From Candidatus Micrarchaeota archaeon CG1_02_55_22 (GTDB taxonomy: Archaea; Micrarchaeota; Micrarchaeia; Norongarragalinales; UBA97): a DNA stretch of 32,000 bases. The stretch spans positions 2,065 through 34,064 of the forward strand of contig MNVH01000061.1 in assembly GCA_001871595.1 (NCBI GenBank), read 5' to 3'. Shown here piece after piece: positions 24,785-32,000 of the stretch (position 1 is its first letter; each line of letters begins with the position of its first letter). A model generated the notes under the pieces. It was given only the letters and a program-made list of their open reading frames with translations, searched no databases and was not told where the DNA came from. A program made the position numbers and the translations under genes.

Positions 24785-25753
24785 ATGAAGACTGTTGCTA
24801 TTACGGGTGCGGCGGGAAAGCTTGGCCGCGTTGTCGCGCGCTTCTTTTCCGGAAAGGGCTGGCGTGTTGTTGCAATAGTTTTGCCGGGCCACGCGGTGAG
24901 CGCGCGCAATGCGTTGCCGAAGACGAAAATTGTTGAAGCGGATTTGGTTGACCCGTCTGCCAAGGGCATTGCGCGGCTTGCCAAGGCGTTCAAGGGCGTT
25001 GACGCAGTAGTGCATTTAGCGGGATTAGTAGATTACCACGCGCCGCGCAGCAAGTTGTTCGAAGCGAATGTTGAAACAACCGGCAACGCTTTGATTGCGG
25101 CGCGCAAGGCGGGCGTGAAGAGGTTTGTTTACGCGTCGTCCACGACGCTCTACCGCAAGCCCAAGTATTTGCCGATTGACGAGAACCACCCCGTTGAGGT
25201 GGTGAACGAGTACGGGGCGAGCAAGGAGGCGGCCGAGGCGTTGGTGCGCAACAGCGGTGTACCGTACGTTATCTTGCGTCCGTGCGCGTTGTACGGCCCG
25301 GCGTTTACCGCGCAGTATGAATCGCTTTTGAAGCGCATTGAGAAAGGAAGGATGCGCTTGATTGGTGACGGCGGCAACCACGTTGCTTTTCTTTTCGAGG
25401 ACGATGCTGCGGAAGCATTCTTTAAAGCGGCGAGCGGCAAGGCGGTGAACGAAGACTTTATCGTGGCGCCGAACGAGAAGATTACGCAGAGGCAGGCATT
25501 TGGCATCGTGGCAGGGGCTTTGGGCGTCAAGCCGCCGTCGAAGAAATTGCCGAAGCGGTTGGCGTGGCTTGCCGCGTTATTTGAAAAGAACAAGGCGGCG
25601 TTGCTAGGCAAGAGGCCGAGCGTCACGCTTGAGGAAGTGGATTCCATTTGCGGCGACCGGCATTACGATGCGGGTAAGGCCGAGAAATTGTTGGGCTGGT
25701 CGGCGAAGACGCGCTTTAATGATGGCGTGAAAAAGATGGTTGCGGCGCGTTAG
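24785..25753 (+). CDS. NAD-dependent epimerase/dehydratase (extended SDR)
   Basis: VAITGAAGKLGRVV is the Rossmann GxxGxxG motif. YGASKEAAE is the YxxxK catalytic motif. Length is 322 aa. Confidence 0.85.
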   Translation: MKTVAITGAAGKLGRVVARFFSGKGWRVVAIVLPGHAVSARNALPKTKIVEADLVDPSAKGIARLAKAFKGVDAVVHLAGLVDYHAPRSKLFEANVETTGNALIAARKAGVKRFVYASSTTLYRKPKYLPIDENHPVEVVNEYGASKEAAEALVRNSGVPYVILRPCALYGPAFTAQYESLLKRIEKGRMRLIGDGGNHVAFLFEDDAAEAFFKAASGKAVNEDFIVAPNEKITQRQAFGIVAGALGVKPPSKKLPKRLAWLAALFEKNKAALLGKRPSVTLEEVDSICGDRHYDAGKAEKLLGWSAKTRFNDGVKKMVAAR

Positions 25754-26007
25754 TGCAGCACTAAGCCGAACAATAGCTTGAGTAAGAGTAGCGCCCCGAC
25801 TCCGGCGAGGCCGAATATTCCGGTTATGATGACGTTGATTATGCTTAATGGTAGTTCTAGGCCGTAGGGTTGGCCGAAGAAGTTTATCAAAAGCAAGGCG
25901 ATTACGCCGAGCACCGTGTTGACGAGGAAGCGCTTGAAGAGGAAGAAGACGACTATTGCGATTACGATTAGCACGATGGCGGTAAAGATGATTCCGAGAG
26001 TGCTCAT
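25750..26007 (-). CDS. BofA-family small integral membrane protein
   Basis: 85 aa. INFFGQPYGLELPLSIINVIITGIFGLAGVGALLLLK parallels B. subtilis BofA VNMFGGSLGIHVPINLVTTAISGILGIPGIAALVVIK (from memory). Confidence 0.6.
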   Translation of the reverse strand: MSTLGIIFTAIVLIVIAIVVFFLFKRFLVNTVLGVIALLLINFFGQPYGLELPLSIINVIITGIFGLAGVGALLLLKLLFGLVLH

Positions 26008-26053
26008 TGTTTGATTAGGAAAATGCCTGTAATAACGGTTTTGGCTAAAGGTG

Positions 26054-26437
26054 CTAGAATAGGAAGACGAGGAGCCCGATGAAGATGAGGGAGAAGACGA
26101 CGAAGTTGAACGATTCGCGCCAGCCGATTATTGCCATGAAAGCTACGGCCAGAACTAGTATGCCAACAGGGCCGAATGCTAGGGCGGCGAGAATAAAGGA
26201 AACGCTGAGGGAAAGCACTACGAATACGAGTTCTACTAAGAAGAACAGCATTTTAGCTAGTACGGAAACGAACTCGCCCGCGCCAGCGCTGCCCTGCGTG
26301 TCGACCACTGCGAAGACCATGAGAAGGAGTAAGAAATACCCCGCGTACAAGTAATACTTTCCCGACAATTCCACCACTCTACAGTAGTAATTAGCCCACC
26401 GTGGGCTTTTAAGCCTTGGCAAACGAGCCGCAAGCAA
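26054..26437 (-). CDS. Hypothetical multi-pass membrane protein
   Basis: 127-aa ORF with 3-4 hydrophobic helices. The start (TTG 26437) is uncertain. Confidence 0.45.
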   Translation of the reverse strand: MLAARLPRLKSPRWANYYCRVVELSGKYYLYAGYFLLLLMVFAVVDTQGSAGAGEFVSVLAKMLFFLVELVFVVLSLSVSFILAALAFGPVGILVLAVAFMAIIGWRESFNFVVFSLIFIGLLVFLF

Positions 26438-26518
26438 GTTAAAGCATTCCGGCGAAAGAATTGAAGCAATACCGAAACGGCCAAGCGGCCGATTTAAATA
26501 TCAGTAACGTAATAAGCA

Positions 26519-26534
26519 TATTGTATTTACAATA
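26519..26534. promoter_or_regulatory. Perfect palindrome TATTGTA-TT-TACAATA between TATA-like box and the glutaredoxin start
   Basis: 7-bp arms around a 2-nt centre. It lies about 20 nt downstream of GATTTAAATA (26491..26500), so it overlaps the expected transcription start, and 15 nt upstream of the ATG at 26549. Confidence 0.35.
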
Positions 26535-26548
26535 CGAGGGGATGAAGG

Positions 26549-26785
26549 ATGGCTATAAAAGTAACGGTTTACTCGACGCAGGTCTGCCCGTACTGCAGGA
26601 TGGCAAAAGAATATTTGACAAGCAAGGGCGTGCCCTACGAGGACGTTGACGTTTCTAAGGACCACGCCAAGGCGCAGGAAATGATTGACAAGAGCGGCCA
26701 GATGGGCGTACCTGTACTAGACATCAACGGTACGATCATCGTGGGTTTCGACAAGGAAGCAATCGACAAGAGCCTCGGCCGCTAA
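26549..26785 (+). CDS. Glutaredoxin-like protein (CPYC; NrdH/Grx-like)
   Basis: VYSTQVCPYCRMAKEYL and GVPVLDINGTIIVGFD give a thioredoxin-fold glutaredoxin signature. SD GAGGGGATGA lies upstream. Confidence 0.85.
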   Translation: MAIKVTVYSTQVCPYCRMAKEYLTSKGVPYEDVDVSKDHAKAQEMIDKSGQMGVPVLDINGTIIVGFDKEAIDKSLGR

Positions 26786-26854
26786 GCGTACGGATTACGC
26801 AGCCAAAGCCGCAGAGTTAAGAACTCGTTGCATCAGGCAATTCTAGGTGAAAAG

Positions 26855-27994
26855 ATGGATATCTACGAGGAGAGCGCACAGCTCCACGAACAACTCAAGG
26901 GAAAGCTCGAAGTAACAGGGAAAATCAAGGCCGATACCAAGCGCCAGCTCTCACTCGCATACACACCCGGCGTTGCCGAGCCGTGCCGCCGCATCGCAAA
27001 GAACCCTGAAGACGTCTACAAGTACACCATCAAGGGCAACGCGGTTGCTGTGGTGAGCGACGGCAGCGCCGTGCTCGGCTTGGGTAACATTGGTGCACGC
27101 GCGGCAATGCCGGTAATGGAGGGAAAAGCATTGCTCTTCAAGGAGTTCGCAGGAATCGACGCGTTCCCAATCTGCATCGAGTCGCAGGACGCGGACGAAA
27201 TTATTGCAACGGTTCGCAACATCGCGCCGACCTTCGGCGGAATCAACCTCGAAGATATCGCGGCGCCAAAGTGCTTCCGCATCGAGGACGAGTTGCAGGA
27301 CTTGGACATACCGGTCATGCACGACGACCAGCACGGCACCGCCATAGTTGTCTCCGCCGCACTGCAGAACGGCTTAAAGGTAGTGGGCAAAAACATTGGC
27401 GATATCACCATCACCGTGAGCGGTGCCGGCGCTGCAGGCACGGCGATAGCCAAGATACTCCTAGAACAAGGCGCGGGCAACGTTATCGTCATTGACTCCA
27501 AGGGCGTGCTCTCTCACGACCGAAGCGACTTGAACGAGGCAAAACTCTCCCTCGCGAAAGCAACCAACAAAAACAACCTTTCCGGCTCGCTCGCCGACGC
27601 GCTTGCAGGCGCCGACGCATTTATCGGCCTTTCAAAACCCAATCTAGTCACCAAGGAAATGGTTTCAACCATGGCTAGAGACGCAATCGTTTTCGCCATG
27701 GCCAACCCCTCACCCGAGATACTACCGGAAGAGGCGCTCGCCGGCGGGGCCAAAATAGTCGGCACGGGACGCAGCGACTACCCCAACCAAGTAAACAACG
27801 TGCTCGCTTTTCCAGGCGTCTTCCGAGGCGCTCTCGACTCGCGAGCGACAAGGATAACGATGAAGATGAAGCTTGCAGCGGCAAGGGCGCTCGCAGCAGT
27901 AGTTGCCGAACCCACCGCCGACAAGGTCCTTCCCGACGCTTTCGACAAGGCCGCGGTCAAGGCAGTCAGCGAGGCCGTGGCGCAAGCAAAATAG
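26855..27994 (+). CDS. NAD(P)-dependent malic enzyme (short, non-PTA-fused type)
   Basis: LSLAYTPGVAEPC, VVSDGSAVLGLGNIG, PVMEGKALLFKEFAGIDAFPI, FGGINLEDI, HDDQHGTA, GAGAAG and ANPSPE. ATG 26855 is preceded by GGTGA plus 4 nt. The track ORF opens at TTG 26828. Confidence 0.92.
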   Translation: MDIYEESAQLHEQLKGKLEVTGKIKADTKRQLSLAYTPGVAEPCRRIAKNPEDVYKYTIKGNAVAVVSDGSAVLGLGNIGARAAMPVMEGKALLFKEFAGIDAFPICIESQDADEIIATVRNIAPTFGGINLEDIAAPKCFRIEDELQDLDIPVMHDDQHGTAIVVSAALQNGLKVVGKNIGDITITVSGAGAAGTAIAKILLEQGAGNVIVIDSKGVLSHDRSDLNEAKLSLAKATNKNNLSGSLADALAGADAFIGLSKPNLVTKEMVSTMARDAIVFAMANPSPEILPEEALAGGAKIVGTGRSDYPNQVNNVLAFPGVFRGALDSRATRITMKMKLAAARALAAVVAEPTADKVLPDAFDKAAVKAVSEAVAQAK

Positions 27995-28049
27995 TTTCAC
28001 GAAAGAAATTTAAACTTGGAAATGCAATATTTAACAAGAGGTGAGAACA

Positions 28050-28076
28050 ATGGGACCGGGTTGCGGATGCTGCTAA
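28050..28076 (+). CDS. Candidate mini-ORF MGPGCGCC (8 codons)
   Basis: ATG 28050 is preceded by GAGGTGA (28039..28045). Four of the eight codons are Cys. A stem-loop and T-run follow. Coding status is unproven. Confidence 0.3.
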   Translation: MGPGCGCC

Positions 28077-28084
28077 TATTAAAC

Positions 28085-28119
28085 GTTGAGGCTCGCGCCT
28101 CAACAATCCCCTTCTTTTT
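28085..28119 (+). terminator. Stem-loop GTTGAGGC-tcgc-GCCTCAAC followed by T-rich tract (CTTCTTTTT)
   Basis: Perfect 8-bp stem at 28085..28104 and a T5 run at 28115..28119. It lies downstream of malic enzyme and the mini-ORF, and upstream of the ArsR-type gene. Confidence 0.5.
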
Positions 28120-28146
28120 AAAAGCTTGAACGCCCTTAATCTAGTC

Positions 28147-28761
28147 ATGGCGGGAAGCTCAATTACGCTGGACAAGAAGTCTTTCAAGGCACTAGCCAGC
28201 GATACGCGCATCGCCGCACTCAAGGCGCTAGACGAGCGGCGCAAGACCGCTTCGGAACTCGCAAAAGAACTCGCGTTGACTGTACAAAGCGTTTCCGAGC
28301 ATTTGGACAAACTAGCCGAGGCAGGGCTCGTTGAACGCGCCGAGAGCGAACGCAAGTGGGTTTACTACTCGTTGACTGATTCGGGCCGAGCCGTGCTGCA
28401 CCCAGGCTCCGCGCGAGGCTTCTGGGTTCTCCTAGGCATCTCGATACTGGCCTTTGCAGCGGCGTTAAGCCGCCCGGCAACCGACTATTTTACCCCACAA
28501 CCCTTCGCCGCGCAAGCCTTGCCGACGATGCGAGCCGCCGAAGCCGCCAGTGCCATCACTGTACCAGCCGCCAAGGCCGGCGGCGTCTTGGCGGAAAACG
28601 CGGCCGACGCAGCGGCTACGTCTATCCCCAAAACGCTTGGCGCGGCGGCGGAGGCAACGCGCTCGTTCGGGCTCTCGCCCTTGGAGCAGGGTCTGGCGCT
28701 CGTTGCCGTGCTCTTGTTCTTGGCCGCAGTGTTCGTACGCTTCCGGCGTGTCTCACGCTAA
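28147..28761 (+). CDS. ArsR-family winged-HTH regulator fused to C-terminal membrane anchors
   Basis: FKALASDTRIAALKALDERRKTASELAKELALTVQSVSEHLDKLAEAGLVE is an ArsR/SmtB-like wHTH. Two hydrophobic segments follow (FWVLLGISILAFAAAL and LALVAVLLFLAAVFV). ATG 28147 lies about 24 nt after TTTTTAAAA. The track ORF opens at TTG 28126. Confidence 0.75.
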   Translation: MAGSSITLDKKSFKALASDTRIAALKALDERRKTASELAKELALTVQSVSEHLDKLAEAGLVERAESERKWVYYSLTDSGRAVLHPGSARGFWVLLGISILAFAAALSRPATDYFTPQPFAAQALPTMRAAEAASAITVPAAKAGGVLAENAADAAATSIPKTLGAAAEATRSFGLSPLEQGLALVAVLLFLAAVFVRFRRVSR

Positions 28762-28809
28762 GGCTTTCAACGGGATTTAAAACCGTTCTCCGCCTAGAAT
28801 ATTGTTGTC

Positions 28810-30015
28810 ATGAAAACAGGCTTATTGGATTCACCGCCAGCCAAGACGCTCGCCGAATACCGTGCGGTTGGAGGCTTGAACGCTCTTACTAAGGTCTTGA
28901 CTCTATCGCCCGAAGAAGTTGTCGGCATGGTTTTTGAGAGCGGGTTGCGCGGCAAGGGCGGCGCAGGCTATCCGACGGGCAAGAAGTGGTCGTTCCTGCT
29001 TGGCAAGAACGAGTGCGTCGTAGTATGTAACGCTGCCGAGAGCGAGCCGGGCTGCGAGAAAGACCATTACTTGGGCGAAGAAAAGCCGCTAATTGTACTT
29101 GAGGGCGTGCTCATCGCGGCGGCTGCGCTGGCTGCCAAGCGGTGCGTTGTCCTGGTCAAGCGCAATAGCCCCAGACTCTCCGAATCGTTCGAAAAAGCTC
29201 TTGCCGAACTAAAGGCAGGCAAGGTGGCTGGTGCGGAGTCACTTGAAGTCGTCCTCGGCACGAGCCACTACTTGATGGGCGAGGAATCGTCGATAATCAA
29301 CTTGCTCAACAAGAAACCCCCGCTGCCATACCGACGACCGCCCTATCCTGCGGAGAAAGGTGTGGACGGGTTACCAACGCTTGTTAACAACGCGGAGACA
29401 TTCGCAAACATCCCACTCATCATCAACCTTGGTGCTGCAGAGTACGCCACTAACGCCTCATTCTTGTGTACCCTGCACTGGCAAGGCAAGAAGAAGCTTG
29501 TCGAGGCGCGTTTCGGCGAGTCGATTGAACAGCTCGCCAAACGATGCAAGGTGCCCCTCGACGGCGTGAAAGCCTGCCTCACCACCCCGTCCGGCGGGTT
29601 CGTGCCCCGCGAGCTCTTCACCGAGCCCCTCGATTACGACGGCTACGCACGCAAAGGCATTTCCTTCGGCAGCGGTGCAATGATATTCCTCGACGAAAAC
29701 GTTTCAATTCCACGCCAGACCCTTGAATTAACGAAATTCTTCGGCAAATGGACTTGCAGGCAGTGCAAGGAGTGCAGTAAAGGCATCGGAATCGATGCCG
29801 TCGCCGTGCTTGAAGCAGTGTGCGCCGGCACCGCGACGCGCCATGACTACGAATCGCTGGCGAGCTTGTCTGACGCAACCAAGGGCGTGGTTTGCGGGCT
29901 TGCACCCGCTGCGGGCCATGCCATCCGCACCGCCACGCGCTTCTACGCTAAAGAGTTTGAAGCCAGTCTGGCGGGCAAAACAGCCGGAACAGATTGCTGG
30001 GTTGAAGGCCTATGA
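28810..30015 (+). CDS. NuoF-like (complex I 51-kDa family) NAD(H)/FMN-binding iron-sulfur protein, orphan
   Basis: GLRGKGGAGYPTGKKW, VVCNAAESEPGCEKD, YLMGEESSI and LPTLVNNAETFANIP. The C-terminal CRQCKEC...VCGL fits the NuoF N3 4Fe-4S pattern CxxCxxC...C. No nuoE or nuoG is adjacent. Confidence 0.8.
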   Translation: MKTGLLDSPPAKTLAEYRAVGGLNALTKVLTLSPEEVVGMVFESGLRGKGGAGYPTGKKWSFLLGKNECVVVCNAAESEPGCEKDHYLGEEKPLIVLEGVLIAAAALAAKRCVVLVKRNSPRLSESFEKALAELKAGKVAGAESLEVVLGTSHYLMGEESSIINLLNKKPPLPYRRPPYPAEKGVDGLPTLVNNAETFANIPLIINLGAAEYATNASFLCTLHWQGKKKLVEARFGESIEQLAKRCKVPLDGVKACLTTPSGGFVPRELFTEPLDYDGYARKGISFGSGAMIFLDENVSIPRQTLELTKFFGKWTCRQCKECSKGIGIDAVAVLEAVCAGTATRHDYESLASLSDATKGVVCGLAPAAGHAIRTATRFYAKEFEASLAGKTAGTDCWVEGL

Positions 30016-30063
30016 AGGGCGAAAACAAGGTAATTGGGCCCATTACGAGTAAGGCGTGGATAG

Positions 30064-31140
<1,077 letters not shown>

Positions 31141-31141
31141 A

Positions 31142-32000
31142 ATGACGTTAAACACGCTAGACAACTACAAAACCTTACGCGGAAAAACCGTTCTCTTGCG
31201 AATAGACTTGAACAGCGCGTTTGAAGGAAAAAAAATCGTTGCAGGACCACGCTTTGACGAGCACGCAAAAACAGTGGCGCTCTTGGCAAAACAAGGCGCA
31301 AAAGTAGTCATTCTAGCACACCAAGGCCGAAAGGGCGACGACGACTTCACGTCCTTGAAAAAACACGCCGAAGCGCTCTGCAAACTAACCAATATAAAAG
31401 TCGGCTATTCTGCCGACGCAGAAGTTGTCTCGGAAAAAACGCTCGCCCTCGTACGCGGCTTGAAGCCCGGCCAAGTGCTGCTTCTAGACAACCTGCGCTA
31501 CTTGGATGAGGAGACGATGGCACACCCGCCGTACGAGCACTCGCAAGGAAAACTCGTCAGTGCGCTCGCCCCGCTGGCCGACTTGTACGTCAACGACGCT
31601 TTTTCAATGTGCCACCGCGCCCACGAGTCAATCGTCGGCTTCCCCGAAGTGCTCGCATCTGCCGCTGGCCCTACGCTTGAACACGAAATCGAAGCCGCAC
31701 GCAAGGCGCGCGAGCAAGCCGCCCACCCGTGTGTCTACGTGCTGGGAGGAAACAAGCCCAAGGAAGCAATCGGGCTCATGCGCCACGCGCTCAAGAAAGT
31801 TATTGTCGACAAGATTCTCTTGGCGGGCGTGATAGGCGAATTGTGCATGATTGCGCGAGGCAACGAAGTGCCCGCGCCAACGCGGCAAGCGCTTAAAGAC
31901 GCTGGCCACTTGGAGTACTTGCTTGAATTGCGTGATTTGATTCACAAGTACCACGAATTCCTCGAGACGCCGTTCGACTTCATCGTTGAAGGCGAGGACG
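31142..32000 (+). CDS. pgk: Phosphoglycerate kinase, archaeal type; 3' end beyond the window
   Basis: The frame is open to the window edge and is not in the track. My translation is MTLNTLDNYKTLRGKTVLLRIDLNS...VVILAHQGRKGDDDFTSL...YVNDAFSMCHRAHESIVGF. The ATG lies 1 nt after the gap stop. Confidence 0.9.
   Translation, partial: MTLNTLDNYKTLRGKTVLLRIDLNSAFEGKKIVAGPRFDEHAKTVALLAKQGAKVVILAHQGRKGDDDFTSLKKHAEALCKLTNIKVGYSADAEVVSEKTLALVRGLKPGQVLLLDNLRYLDEETMAHPPYEHSQGKLVSALAPLADLYVNDAFSMCHRAHESIVGFPEVLASAAGPTLEHEIEAARKAREQAAHPCVYVLGGNKPKEAIGLMRHALKKVIVDKILLAGVIGELCMIARGNEVPAPTRQALKDAGHLEYLLELRDLIHKYHEFLETPFDFIVEGED

Overview
The window reads as a compact archaeal chromosomal segment. Evidence: a tRNA-Leu(CAA) with a 46-nt intron at the canonical 37/38 position, an archaeal-type PGK, AT-rich TATA-like boxes about 25 nt upstream of many first-gene start codons (leaderless layout), GGTGA/GGAGG Shine-Dalgarno-like motifs before operon-internal genes, and oligo-T terminators. 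Left to right: a partial secreted beta-propeller lipoprotein and an ACT-domain protein (minus strand); leuA-trpC-ORF-trpB-trpA, a methyltransferase-like ORF, aroC-aroA and a convergent bacterial-type aroK; one unassigned ORF; a ribonucleotide reductase island with class Ic nrdB-nrdA (minus) facing class III nrdD-nrdG (plus); a ferric-reductase-like membrane protein; an EgtD-like methyltransferase; the tRNA; a HEXXH protein; an SDR epimerase; two small membrane proteins; a CPYC glutaredoxin; malic enzyme; a membrane-anchored ArsR-type regulator; an orphan NuoF-like flavoprotein; type I GAPDH; and partial PGK. Three observations stand out. (1) nrdD carries two related LAGLIDADG inteins, and its glycyl-radical C-terminus sits in a different reading frame with its own SD and ATG, so it is either a 1-nt indel, recoding, or a split enzyme. 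(2) The class I R2 has the Phe-for-Tyr and Glu-for-Asp signature of class Ic enzymes. (3) An 8-codon Cys-rich mini-ORF with a strong SD and a terminator hairpin lies upstream of the ArsR/NuoF-like genes. No CRISPR array, IS element or rRNA was seen. All homology calls come from motif recognition by eye, not from searches.
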